A stretch of 64,000 nt of DNA from the human T2T-CHM13v2.0 reference genome, Homo sapiens, in the NCBI RefSeq assembly GCF_009914755.1, contig NC_060942.1; one strand, 5' to 3'. How positions within the stretch are numbered: the stretch's first letter is position 1; each line of letters opens with the position of its first letter. Below, one piece after another: positions 40,601 to 54,880 of the stretch. The position numbers and the translations under genes are program-made. The notes under the pieces were generated by a model, which had not been told where the DNA came from, did not search any database, and saw nothing but the letters and a program-made list of their open reading frames with translations.

Positions 40601-42893
40601 AGAAACTTGTTTGTGATGTGTGTCCTCAACTCACGGAGTTGAACATTTCGTTTGACAGAGCAGTTTGGAAACACGATTTTTGTAGAATCTGCAAGTGGAT
40701 ATTTGGATGGCTTTGTGGATTTCGTTGGAAACGGGAGTATCTTCACAGACAACCTAGACAGTAACATGCTCAGAAACTGTTTTGTGATATCTGCATTCAC
40801 GTCACAGAGTTGAACATTCCCTTTCATAGAGCAGGTTTGAAACACACTTTCTGTAGTATCTGGATGTGGGCACTTGGAGCGCTTGGACGCTTATGGTGAA
40901 AAAGGACATATCGTCCCATAAAAACTGGACAGAAGCATTCTCACAAACTGCTTTGTGACGTATGTCTTCAACTAACAGAGTTGAACATTTCTATTCACAG
41001 AGCAGTTTTGAAAGACTCTTTTGGAGTATCTGCTAGTGGATATTTGGAGAGCTTTAAGGATTTCATTGGAAACCGGAATATCTTCAGGTAAAATCTAGAC
41101 AGAGGCATTCTCAGAAACTTCTTCGTAATGTGTGTCCTCAACTAACAGTGTACAACCTATCTTTTGATACAGCACGTTGGAAACACTCTTTTTATAGAAT
41201 CTGCAAATGTATAGTTGGATAGCTCTAACGATTTCATTGGAAACGGGAATACCTACATATAAAATCTAGACAGTGGCACTCTCAGAAACTGCTTTGTGAT
41301 ATCTGCATTCAAGCCACAGAGTTGAACATTTCCCTTCCTGAAGCAGGTTTGAAACACTCTTTTTGTCGTATCTGGAAGTGGACATTTGGAGCACTTTGAC
41401 GCCTTTGGTGAAAAAGGAAATGTCTTCCCATGAAAACTAGACAGAAGCATTCTAAGAAACATTTTTGGGATATATGTACTCAACTAACAGAGTTGAACCT
41501 TTCTCTTTATAGATCAGTTTTGGAAAGCTCTTTATGTGGAATCTGCAGATGGATATTCGGATAGCTCTGAGGATTTCGTTGGAGACGGGAATACATAAAG
41601 AAAGTAGACAGCAGCATTCTCAGGAGATTCTTTGTGATGTTTGCTTTTAAGTCACAGAGTTGAATATTCCCTTCAATAGAGCAGGTTTGAAACACTCTTT
41701 CTGTAGTATCTGGAAGTGGACATTTCGATCGATTTCAGGCCTATGTTGAAAAAGGAAATACCTTATCATCAAAACTAGACAGAAGCATTCTCAGAAACGT
41801 CTTTGTGATGTGGGTCCTCAACTAACAGAGTTCAACCTTTCTTATGATACAGCAGTTTGGAAACACTCTTTTTATAGAATTTGCAAGTTGATACATGGAT
41901 AGCCCTAACTATTTCGTTGGAAACGGGAATATCTTCATATAAAACCTAGGCAGAAGCACTCTCAGAAACTACTTTGTGATATCTGCATTGATATCAGAGA
42001 GTTGAATATTCCCTTTCTAAGGGCAGGCTTGAAAGCGTCTTTTTGTGGAATCTGCAGGAGGATATTTGGATAGCTTTGAGGGTTACGTTGGAAACGGGAT
42101 TACATATACAAAGTAGACAGCAGCATTCTCAGAAGCTTCTTTGTGATGTTTGCGTTTAAGTCACAGAGTTGAACGTTCCCTTTCATAGAGCAGGTTTCAA
42201 ACCCTCTTTCTGCAGTATCTGGAAGTGGACATTTCGAGCGCTTTCAGGCCCATGGTGAACAAGGAAATATCTTCCCATGCAAACTAGACAGAAGCATTCG
42301 CAGAAACTTGTTTGTGATGTGTGTCCTCAACTCACGGAGTTGAACATTTCGTTTGACAGAGCAGTTTGGAAACACGATTTTTGTAGAATCTGCAAGTGGA
42401 TATTTGGATAGCTTTGTGGATTTCGTTGGAAACGGGAGTATCTTCATAGACAACCTAGACAGTAACATGCTCAGAAACTGTTTTGTGATATCTGCATTCA
42501 CGTCACAGAGTTGAACATTCCCTTTCATAGAGCAGGTTTGAAACACACTTTCTGTAGTATCTGGATGTGGGCACTTGGAGCGCTTGGACGCTTATGGTGA
42601 AAAAGGACAGATCGTCCCATAAAAACTGGACAGAAGCATTCTCACAAACTGTTTGTGACGTATGTCTTCAACTAACAGAGTTGAACATTTCTATTCACAG
42701 AGCAGTTTTGAAAGACTCTTTTGGAGTATCTGCTAGTGGATATTTGGAGAGCTTTAAGGATTTCATTGGAAACCGGAATATCTTCAGGTAAAATCTAGAC
42801 AGAGGCATTCTCAGAAACTTCTTCGTAATGTGTGTCCTCAACTAACAGTGTACAACCTATCTTTTGATACAGCACGTTGGAAACACTCTTTTT

Positions 42894-42954
42894 ATAGAAT
42901 CTGCAAGTGGATAGAATCTGCAAGTGGATAGTTTCCAACGATTTCGTTGGAAAC
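42894..42954 (+). repeat. Complex +10-bp allele: 17-bp tandem duplication plus 11-bp perfect inverted repeat overlapping a CENP-B box (copy 1)
   Basis: ATAGAATCTGCAAGTGG x2, then ATA, then GTTTCCAACGA-TT-TCGTTGGAAAC. Confidence 0.93.
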
Positions 42955-44603
42955 GGGAATACCTTCATATAAAATCTAGACAGTGGCACTCTCAGAAACT
43001 GCTTTGTGATATCTGCATTCAAGCCACAGAGTTGAACATTTCCCTTCCTAAAGCAGGTTTCAAACACTCTTTTTGTCGTATCTGGAAGTGGACATTTGGA
43101 GCACTTTGACGCCTTTGGTGAAAAAGGAAATGTCTTCCCATGAAAACTAGACAGAAGCATTCTAAGAAACATTTTTGGGATATATGTACTCAACTAACAG
43201 AGTTGAACCTTTCTCTTTATAGATCAGTTTTGGAAAGCTCTTTATGTGGAATCTGCAGATGGATATTCGGATAGCTCTGAGGATTTCGTTGGAGACGGGA
43301 ATACATAAAGAAAGTAGACAGCAGCATTCTCAGGAGATTCTTTGTGATGTTTGCTTTTAAGTCACAGAGTTGAATATTCCCTTCAATAGAGCAGGTTTGA
43401 AACACTCTTTCTGTAGTATCTGGAAGTGGACATTTCGATCGATTTCAGGCCTATGTTGAAAAAGGAAATACCTTAACATAAAAACTAGACAGAAGCATTC
43501 TCAGAAACGTCTTTGTGATGTGTGTCCTCAACTAACAGAGTTCAACCTTTCTTATGATACAGCAGTTTGGAAACACTCTTTTTATAGAATTTGCAAGTTG
43601 ATACATGGATAGCCCTAAGTATTTCGTTGGAAACGGGAATATCTACATATAAAACCTAGGCAGAAGCACTCTCAGAAACTACTTTGTGATATCTGCATTG
43701 ATATCAGAGAGTTGAATATTCCCTTTCTAAGGGCAGGCTTGAAAGCGTCTTTTTGTGGAATCTGCAGGAGGATATTTGGATAGCTTGGAGGGTTACGTTG
43801 GAAACGGGATTACATATACAAAGTAGACAGCAGCATTCTCAGAAGCTTCTTTGTGATGTTTGCGTTTAAGTCACAGAGTTGAACGTTCCCTTTCGTAGAG
43901 CAGGTTTCAAACCCTCTTTCTGCAGTATCTGGAAGTGGACATTTCGAGCGCTTTCAGGCCCATGGTGAACAAGGAAATATCTTCCCATGCAAACTAGACA
44001 GAAGCATTCGCAGAAACTTGTTTGTGATGTGTGTCCTCAACTCACGGAGTTGAACATTTCGTTTGACAGAGCAGTTTGGAAACACGATATTTGTAGAATC
44101 TGCAAGTGGATATTTGGATGGCTTTGTGGATTTCGTTGGAAACGGGAGTATCTTCATTGACAACCTAGACAGTAACATGCTCAGAAACTGTTTTGTGATA
44201 TCTGCATTCACGTCACAGAGTTGAACATTCCGTTTCATAGAGCGGGTTTGAAACACACTTTCTGTAGTATCTGGATGTGGGCACTTGGAGCGCTTGGACG
44301 CTTATGGTGAAAAAGGACATATCGTCCCATAAAAACTGGACAGAAGCATTCTCACAAACTGTTTGTGACGTATGTCTTCAACTAACAGAGTTGAACATTT
44401 CTATTCACAGAGCAGTTTTGAAAGACTCTTTTGGAGTATCTGCTAGTGGATATTTGGAGAGCTTTAAGGATTTCATTGGAAACCGGAATATCTTCAGGTA
44501 AAATCTAGACAGAGGCATTCTCAGAAACTTCTTCGTAATGTGTGTCCTCAACTAACAGTGTACAACCTATCTTTTGATACAGCACGTTGGAAACACTCTT
44601 TTT

Positions 44604-44664
44604 ATAGAATCTGCAAGTGGATAGAATCTGCAAGTGGATAGTTTCCAACGATTTCGTTGGAAAC
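44604..44664 (+). repeat. Same complex +10-bp allele (copy 2)
   Basis: Identical sequence 1,710 bp downstream of copy 1. Confidence 0.93.
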
Positions 44665-47600
44665 GGGAATACCTTCATATAAAATCTAGACAGTGGCACT
44701 CTCAGAAACTGCTTTGTGATATCTGCATTCAAGCCACAGAGTTGAACATTTCCCTTCCTAAAGCAGGTTTCAAACACTCTTTTTGTCGTATCTGGAAGTG
44801 GACATTTGGAGCACTTTGACGCCTTTGGTGAAAAAGGAAATGTCTTCCCATGAAAACTAGACAGAAGCATTCTAAGAAACATTTTTGGGATATATGTACT
44901 CAACTAACAGAGTTGAACCTTTCTCTTTATAGATCAGTTTTGGAAAGCTCTTTATGTGGAATCTGCAGATGGATATTCGGATAGCTCTAAGGATTTCGTT
45001 GGAGACGGGAATACATAAAGAAAGTAGACAGCAGCATTCTCAGGAGATTCTTTGTGATGTTTGCTTTTAAGTCACAGAGTTGAATATTCCCTTCAATAGA
45101 GCAGGTTTGAAACACTCTTTCTGTAGTATCTGGAAGTGGACATTTCGATCGATTTCAGGCCTATGTTGAAAAAGGAAATACCTTAACATAAAAACTAGAC
45201 AGAAGCATTCTCAGAAACGTCTTTGTGATGTGTGTCCTCAACTAACAGAGTTCAACCTTTCTTATGATACAGCAGTTTGGAAACACTCTTTTTATAGAAT
45301 TTGCAAGTTGATACATGGATAGCCCTAACTATTTCGTTGGAAACGGGAATATCTTCATATAAAACCTAGGCAGAAGCACTCTCAGAAACTACTTTGTGAT
45401 ATCTGCATTGATATCAGAGAGTTGAATATTCCCTTTCTAAGGTCAGGCTTGAAAGCGTCTTTTTGTGGAATCTGCAGGAGGATATTTGGATAGCTTGGAG
45501 GGTTACGTTGGAAACGGGATTACATATACAAAGTAGACAGCAGCATTCTCAGAAGCTTCTTTGTGATGTTTGCGTTTAAGTCACAGAGTTGAACGTTCCC
45601 TTTCGTAGAGCAGGTTTCAAACCCTCTTTCTGCAGTATCTAGAAGTGGACATTTCGAGCGCTTTCAGGCCCATGGTGAACAAGGAAATATCTTCCCATGC
45701 AAACTAGACAGAAGCATTCGCAGAAACTTGTTTGTGATGTGTGTCCTCAACTCACGGAGTTGAACATTTCGTTTGACAGAGCAGTTTGGAAACACGATTT
45801 TTGTAGAATCTGCAAGTGGATATTTGGATGGCTTTGTGGATTTCGTTGGAAACGGGAGTATCTTCATAGACAACCTAGACAGTAACATGCTCAGAAACTG
45901 TTTTGTGATATTTGCATTCACGTCAAAGAGTTGAACATTCCCTTTCATAGAGCAGGTTTGAAACACACTTTCTGTAGTATCTGGATGTGGGCACTTGGAG
46001 CGCTTGGACGCTTATGGTGAAAAAGGACATATCGTCCCATAAAAACTGGACAGAAGCATTCTCACAAACTGCTTTGTGACGTATGTCTTCAACTAACAGA
46101 GTTGAACATTTCTATTCACAGAGCAGTTTTGAAAGACTCTTTTGGAGTATCTGCTAGTGGATATTTGGAGAGCTTTAAGGATTTCATTGGAAACCGGAAT
46201 ATCTTCAGGTAAAATGTAGACAGAGGCATTCTCAGAAACTTCTTCATAATGTGTGTCCTCAACTAACATTGTACAACCTATCTTTTGATACAGCACGTTG
46301 GAAACACTCTTTTTATAGAATCTGCAAGTGGATAGTTGGATAGCTCTAACGATTTCGTTGGAAACGGGAATACCTTCATATAAAATCTAGACAGTGGCAC
46401 TCTCAGAAACTGCTTTGTGATATCTGCATTCAAGCCACAGAGTTGAACATTTCCCTTCCTAAAGCAGGTTTGAAACACTCTTTTTGTCGTATCTGGAAGT
46501 GGACATTTGGAGCACTTTGACGCCTTTGGTGAAAAAGGAAATGTCTTCCCATGAAAACTAGACAGAAGCATTCTAAGAAACATTTTTGGGATATATGTAC
46601 TCAACTAACAGAGTTGAACCTTTCTCTTTATAGATCAGTTTTGGAAAGCTCTTTATGTGGAATCTGCAGATGGATATTCGGATAGCTCTGAGGATTTCGT
46701 TGGAGACGGGAATACATAAAGAAAGTAGACAGCAGCATTCTCAGGAGATTCTTTGTGATGTTTGCTTTTAAGTCACAGAGTTGAATATTCCCTTCAATAG
46801 AGCAGGTTTGAAACACTCTTTCTGTAGTATCTGGAAGTGGACATTTCGATCGATTTCAGGCCTATGTTGAAAAAGGAAATACCTTAACATAAAAACTAGA
46901 CAGAAGCATTCTCAGAAACGTCTTTGTGATGTGTGTCCTCAACTAACAGAGTTCAACCTTTCTTATGATACAGCAGTTTGGAAACACTCTTTTTATAGAA
47001 TTTGCAAGTTGATACATGGATAGCCCTAACTATTTCGTTGGAAACGGGAATATCTTCATATAAAACCTAGGCAGAAGCACTCTCAGAAACTACTTTGTGA
47101 TATCTGCATTGATATCAGAGAGTTGAATATTCCCTTTCTAAGGGCAGGCTTGAAAGCGTCTTTTTGTGGAATCTGCAGGAGGATATTTGGATAGCTTGGA
47201 GGGTTACGTTGGAAACGGGATTACATATACAAAGTAGACAGCAGCATTCTCAGAAGCTTCTTTGTGATGTTTGCGTTTAAGTCACAGAGTTGAACGTTCC
47301 CTTTCGTAGAGCAGGTTTCAAACCCTCTTTCTGCAGTATCTGGAAGTGGAGATTTCGAGCGCTTTCAGGCCCATGGTGAACAAGGAAATATCTTCCCATG
47401 CAAACTAGACAGAAGCATTCGCAGAAACTTGTTTGTGATGTGTGTCCTCAACTCACGGAGTTGAACATTTCGTTTGACAGAGCAGTTTGGAAACACGATT
47501 TTTGTAGAATCTGCAAGTGGATATTTGGATGGCTTTGTGGATTTCGTTGGATACGGGAGTATCTTCATAGACAACCTAGACAGTAACATGCTCAGAAACT

Positions 47601-50600
47601 GCTTTGTGATATCTGCATTCACGTCACAGAGTTGAACATTCCCTTTCATAGAGCAGGTTTGAAACACACTTTCTGTAGTATCTGGATGTGGGCACTTGGA
47701 GCGCTTGGACGCTTATGGTGAAAAAGGACAGATCGTCCCATAAAAACTGGACAGAAGCATTCTCACAAACTGCTTTGTGACGTATGTCTTCAACTAACAG
47801 AGTTGAACATTTCTATTCACAGAGCAGTTTTGAAAGACTCTTTTGGAGTATCTGCTAGTGGATATTTGGAGAGCTTTAAGGATTTCATTGGAAACCGGAA
47901 TATCTTCAGGTAAAATCTAGACAGAGGCATTCTCAGAAACTTCTTCGTAATGTGTGTCCTCAACTAACAGTGTACAACCTATCTTTTGATACAGCACGTT
48001 GGAAACACTCTTTTTATAGAATCTGCAAGTGGATAGTTGGATAGCTCTAACGATTTCATTGGAAACGGGAATACCTTCATATAAAATCTAGACAGTGGCA
48101 CTCTCAGAAACTGCTTTGTGATATCTGCATTCAAGCCACAGAGTTGAACATTTCCCTTCCTAAAGCAGGTTTGAAACACCCTTTTTGTCGTATCTGGAAG
48201 TGGACATTTGGAGCACTTTGACGCCTTTGGTGAAAAAGGAAATGTCTTCCCATGAAAACTAGACAGAAGCATTCTAAGAAACATTTTTGGGATATATGTA
48301 CTCAACTAACAGAGTTGAACCTTTCTCTTTATAGATCAGTTTTGGAAAGCTCTTTATGTGGAATCTGCAGATGGATATTCGGATAGCTCTGAGGATTTCG
48401 TTGGAGACGGGAATACATAAAGAAAGTAGACAGCAGCATTCTCAGGAGATTCTTTGTGATGTTTGCTTTTAAGTCACAGAGTTGAATATTCCCTTCAATA
48501 GAGCAGGTTTGAAACACTCTTTCTGTAGTATCTGGAAGTGGACATTTCGATCGATTTCAGGCCTATGTTGAAAAAGGAAATACCTTAACATAAAAACTAG
48601 ACAGAAACATTCTCAAAAACGTCTTTGTGATGTGTGTCCTCAACTAACAGAGTTCAACCTTTCTTATGATACAGCAGTTTGGAAACACTCTTTTTATAGA
48701 ATTTGCAAGTTGATACATGGATAGCCCTAACTATTTCGTTGGAAACGGGAATATCTTCATATAAAACCTAGGCAGAAGCACTCTCAGAAACTACATTGTG
48801 ATATCTGCATTGATATCAGAGAGTTGAATATTCCCTTTCTAAGGGCAGGCTTGAAAGCGTCTTTTCGTGGAATCTGCAGGAGGATATTTGGATAGCTTGG
48901 AGGGTTACGTTGGAAACGGGATTACATATACAAAGTAGACAGCAGCATTCTCAGAAGCTTCTTTGTGATGTTTGCGTTTAAGTCACAGAGTTGAACGTTC
49001 CCTTTCATAGAGCAGGTTTCAAACCCTCTTTCTGCAGTATCTGGAAGTGGACATTTCGAGCGCTTTCAGGCCCATGGTGAACAAGGAAATATCTTCCCAT
49101 GCCAACTAGACAGAAGCATTCGCAGAAACTTGTTTGTGATGTGTGTCCTCAACTCACGGAGTTGAACATTTCGTTTGACAGAGCAGTTTGGAAACACGAT
49201 TTTTGTAGAATCTGCAAGTGGATATTTGGATGGCTTTGTGGATTTCGTTGGAAACGGGAGTATCTTCACAGACAACCTAGACAGTAACATGCTCAGAAAC
49301 TGTTTTGTGATATCTGCATTCACGTCACAGAGTTGAACATTCCCTTTCATAGAGCAGGTTTGAAACACACTTTCTGTAGTATCTGGATGTGGGCACTTGG
49401 AGCGCTTGGACGCTTATGGTGAAAAAGGACAGATCGTCCCATAAAAACTGGACAGAAGCATTCTCACAAACTGCTTTGTGACGTATGTCTTCAACTAACA
49501 GAGTTGAACATTTCTATTCACAGAGCAGTTTTGAAAGACTCTTTTGGAGTATCTGCTAGTGGATATTTGGAGAGCTTTAAGGATTTCATTGGAAACCGGA
49601 ATATCTTCAGGTAAAATCTAGACAGAGGCATTGTCAGAAACTTCTTCATAATGTGTGTCCTCAACTAACAGTGTACAACCTATCTTTTGATACAGCACGT
49701 TGGAAACACTCTTTTTATAGAATCTGCAAGTGGATAGTTGGATAGCTCTAACGATTTCGTTGGAAACGGGAATACCTTCATATAAAATCTAGACAGTGGC
49801 ACTCTCAGAAACTGCTTTGTGATATCTGCATTCAAGCCACAGAGTTGAACATTTCCCTTCCTAAAGCAGGTTTGAAACACTCTTTTTGTCGTATCTGGAA
49901 GTGGACATTTGGAGCACTTTGACGCCTTTGGTGAAAAAGGAAATGTCTTCCCATGAAAACTAGACAGAAGCATTCTAAGAAACATTTTTGGGATATATGT
50001 ACTCAACTAACAGAGTTGAACCTTTCTCTTTATAGATCAGTTTTGGAAAGCTCTGTATGTGGAATCTGCAGATGGATATTCGGATAGCTCTGAGGATTTC
50101 GTTGGAGACGGGAATACATAAAGAAAGTAGACAGCAGCATTCTCAGGAGATTCTTTGTGATGTTTGCTTTTAAGTCACAGAGTTGAATATTCCCTTCAAT
50201 AGAGCAGGTTTGAAACACTCTTTCTGTAGTATCTGGAAGTGGACATTTCGATCGATTTCAGGCCTATGTTGAAAAAGGAAATACCTTAACATAAAAACTA
50301 GACAGAAGCATTCTCAGAAACGTCTTTGTGATGTGTGTCCTCAACTAACAGAGTTCAACCTTTCTTATGATACAGCAGTTTGGAAACACTCTTTTTATAG
50401 AATTTGCAAGTTGATACATGGATAGCCCTAACTATTTCGTTGGAAACGGGAATATCTTCATATAAAACCTAGGCAGAAGCACTCTCAGAAACTACTTTGT
50501 GATATCTGCATTGATATCAGAGAGTTGAATATTCCCTTTCTAAGGGCAGGCTTGAAAGCGTCTTTTTGTGGAATCTGCAGGAGGATATTTGGATAGCTTG

Positions 50601-53600
50601 GAGGGTTACGTTGGAAACGGGATTACATATACAAAGTAGACAGCAGCATTCTCAGAAGCTTCTTTGTGATGTTTGCGTTTAAGTCACAGAGTTGAACGTT
50701 CCCTTTCAGAGAGCAGGTTTCAAACCCTCTTTCTGCAGTATCTGGAAGTGGACATTTCGAGCGCTTTCAGGCCCATGGTGAACAAGGAAATATCTTCCCA
50801 AGCAAACTAGACAGAAGCATTCGCAGAAACTTGATTGTGATGTGTGTCCTCAACTCACGGAGTTGAACATTTCGTTTGACAGAGCAGTTTGGAAACACGA
50901 TTTTTGTAGAATCTGCAAGTGGATATTTGGATGGCTTTGTGGATTTCGTTGGAAACGGGAGTATCTTCACAGACAACCTAGACAGTAACATGCTCAGAAA
51001 CTGCTTTGTGATATCTGCATTCACGTCACAGAGTTGAACATTCCCTTTCATAGAGCAGGTTTGAAACACACTTTCTGTAGTATCTGGATGTGGGCACTTG
51101 GAGCGCTTGGACGCTTATGGTGAAAAAGGACAGATCGTCCCATAAAAACTGGACAGAAGCATTCTCACAAACTGCTTTGTGACGTATGTCTTCAACTAAC
51201 AGAGTTGAACATTTCTATTTACAGAGCAGTTTTGAAAGACTCTTTTGGAGTATCTGCTAGTGGATATTTGGAGAGCTTTAAGGATTTCATTGGAAACCGG
51301 AATATCTTCAGGTAAAATCTAGACAGAGGCATTCTCAGAAACTTCTTCGTAATGTGTGTCCTCAACTAACAGTGTACAACCTATCTTTTGATACAGCACG
51401 TTGGAAACACTCTTTTTATAGAATCTGCAAGTGGATAGTTGGATAGTTCTAACGATTTCGTTGGAAACGGGAATACCTTCATATAAAATCTAGACAGTGG
51501 CACTCTCAGAAACTGCTTTGTGATATCTGCATTCAAGCCACAGAGTTGAACATTTCCCTTCCTAAAGCAGGTTTGAAACACTCTTTTTGTCGTATCTGGA
51601 AGTGGACATTTGGAGCACTTTGACGCCTTTGGTGAAAAAGGAAATGTCTTCCCATGAAAACTAGACAGAAGCATTCTAAGAAACATTTTTGGGATATATG
51701 TACTCAACTAACAGAGTTGAACCTTTCTCTTTATAGATCAGTTTTGGAAAGCTCTTTATGTGGAATCTGCAGATGGATATTCGGATAGCTCTGAGGATTT
51801 CGTTGGAGACGGGAATACATAAAGAATGTAGACAGCAGCATTCTCAGGAGATTCTTTGTGATGTTTGCTTTTAAGTCACAGAGTTGAATATTCCCTTCAA
51901 TAGAGCAGGTTTGAAACACTCTTTCTGTAGTATCTGGAAGTGGACATTTCGATCGATTTCAGGCCTATGTTGAAAAAGGAAATACCTTAACATAAAAACT
52001 AGACAGAAGCATTCTCAGAAACGTCTTTGTGATGTGTGTCCTCAACTAACAGAGTTCAACCTTTCTTATGATACAGCAGTTGGGAAACACTCTTTTTATA
52101 GAATTTGCAAGTTGATACATGGATAGCCCTAACTATTTCGTTGGAAACGGGAATATCTTCATATAAAACCTAGGCAGAAGCACTCTCAGAAACTACATTG
52201 TGATATCTGCATTGATATCAGAGAGTTGAATATTCCCTTTCTAAGGACAGGCTTGAAAGCGTCTTTTTGTGGAATCTGCAGGAGGATATTTGGATAGCTT
52301 GGAGGGTTACGTTGGAAACGGGATTACATATACAAAGTAGACAGCAGCATTCTCAGAAGCTTCTTTGTGATGTTTGCGTTTAAGTCACAGAGTTGAACGT
52401 TCCCTTTCATAGAGCAGGTTTCAAACCCTCTTTCTGCAGTATCTGGAAGTGGACATTTCGAGCGCTTTCAGGCCCATGGTGAACAAGGAAATATCTTCCC
52501 ATGCAAACTAGACAGAAGCATTCGCAGAAACTTGTTTGTGATGTGTGTCCTCAACTCAGGGAGTTGAACATTTCGTTTGACAGAGCAGTTTGGAAACACG
52601 ATTTTTGTAGAATCTGCAAGTGGATATTTGGATGGCTTTGTGGATTTCGTTGGAAACGGGAGTATCTTCACAGACAACCTAGACAGTAACATGCTCAGAA
52701 ACTGCTTTGTGATATCTGCATTCACGTCACAGAGTTGAACATTCCCTTTCATAGAGCAGGTTTGAAACACACTTTCTGTAGTATCTGGATGTGGGCACTT
52801 GGAGCGCTTGGACGCTTATGGTGAAAAAGGACAGATCGTCCCATAAAAACTGGACAGAAGCATTCTCACAAACTGCTTTGTGACGTATGTCTTCAACTAA
52901 CAGAGTTGAACATTTCTATTCACAGAGCAGTTTTGAAAGACTCTTTTGGAGTATCTGCTAGTGGATATTTGGAGAGCTTTAAGGATTTCATTGGAAACCG
53001 GAATATCTTCAGGTAAAATCTAGACAGAGGCATTCTCAGAAACTTCTTCGTAATGTGTGTCCTCAACTAACAGTGTACAACCTATCTTTTGATACAGCAC
53101 GTTGGAAACACTCTTTTTATAGAATCTGCAAGTGGATAGTTGGATAGCTCTAACGATTTCGTTGGAAACGGGAATACCTTCATATAAAATCTAGACAGTG
53201 GCACTCTCAGAAACTGCTTTGTGATATCTGCATTCAAGCCACAGAGTTGAACATTTCCCTTCCTAAAGCAGGTTTGAAACACTCTTTTTGTCGTATCTGG
53301 AAGTGGACATTTGGAGCACTTTGACGCCTTTGGTGAAAAAGGAAATGTCTTCCCATCAAAACTAGACAGAAGCATTCTAAGAAACATTTTTGGGATATAT
53401 GTACTCAACTAACAGAGTTGAACCTTTCTCTTTATAGATCAGTTTTGGAAAGCTCTTTATGTGGAATCTGCAGATGGATATTCGGATAGCTCTGAGGATT
53501 TCGATGGAGACGGGAATACATAAAGAAAGTAGACAGCAGCATTCTCAGGAGATTCTTTGTGATGTTTGCTTTTAAGTCACAGAGTTGAATATTCCCTTCA

Positions 53601-54819
53601 ATAGAGCAGGTTTGAAACACTCTTTCTGTAGTATCTGGAAGTGGACATTTCGATCGATTTCAGGCCTATGTTGAAAAAGGAAATACCTTAACATAAAAAC
53701 TAGACAGAAACATTCTCAGAAACGTCTTTGTGATGTGTGTCCTCAACTAACAGAGTTCAACCTTTCTTATGATACAGCAGTTTGGAAACACTCTTTTTAT
53801 AGAATTTGCAAGTTGATACATGGATAGCCCTAACTATTTCGTTGGAAACGGGAATATCTTCATATAAAACCTAGGCAGAAGCACTCTCAGAAACTACATT
53901 GTGATATCTGCATTGATATCAGAGAGTTGAATATTCCCTTTCTAAGGGCAGGCTTGAAAGCGTCTTTTCGTGGAATCTGCAGGAGGATATTTGGATAGCT
54001 TGGAGGGTTACGTTGGAAACGGGATTACATATACAAAGTAGACAGCAGCATTCTCAGAAGCTTCTTTGTGATGTTTGCGTTTAAGTCACAGAGTTGAACG
54101 TTCCCTTTCATAGAGCAGGTTTCAAACCCTCTTTCTGCAGTATCTGGAAGTGGACATTTCGAGCGCTTTCAGGCCCATGGTGAACAAGGAAATATCTTCC
54201 CATGCAAACTAGACAGAAGCATTCGCAGAAACTTGTTTGTGATGTGTGTCCTCAACTCACGGAGTTGAACATTTCGTTTGACAGAGCAGTTTGGAAACAC
54301 GATTTTTGTAGAATCTGCAAGTGGATATTTGGATGGCTTTGTGGATTTCGTTGGAAACGGGAGTATCTTCACAGACAACCTAGACAGTAACATGCTCAGA
54401 AACTGCTTTGTGATATCTGCATTCACGTCACAGAGTTGAACATTCCGTTTCATAGAGCAGGTTTGAAACACACTTTCTGTAGTATCTGGATGTGGGCACT
54501 TGGAGCGCTTGGACGCTTATGGTGAAAAAGGACATATCGTCCCATAAAAACTGGACAGAAGCATTCTCACAAACTGCTTTGTGACTTATGTCTTCAACTA
54601 ACAGAGTTGAACATTTCTATTTACAGAGCAGTTTTGAAAGACTCTTTTGGAGTATCTGCTAGTGGATATTTGGAGAGCTTTAAGGATTTCATTGGAAACC
54701 GGAATATCTTCAGGTAAAATCTAGACAGAGGCATTCTCAGAAACTTCTTCGTAATGTGTGTCCTCAACTAACAGTGTACAACCTATCTTTTGATACAGCA
54801 CGTTGGAAACACTCTTTTT

Positions 54820-54880
54820 ATAGAATCTGCAAGTGGATAGAATCTGCAAGTGGATAGTTTCCAACGATTTCGTTGGAAAC
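54820..54880 (+). repeat. Same complex +10-bp allele (copy 3)
   Basis: Identical sequence 10,216 bp downstream of copy 2. Confidence 0.93.

Noticed and set aside
42931-42941. Possible second, inverted CENP-B box created by the complex allele
   Set aside because: The minus strand reads ATCGTTGGAAACTAT, which lacks the TTCG and CGGG cores, so it is only a partial inverted copy.
42795-43193. Longer 132-aa ORF variant (also at 44505 and 54721)
   Set aside because: It is a by-product of the +10-bp frameshift allele, not a gene.
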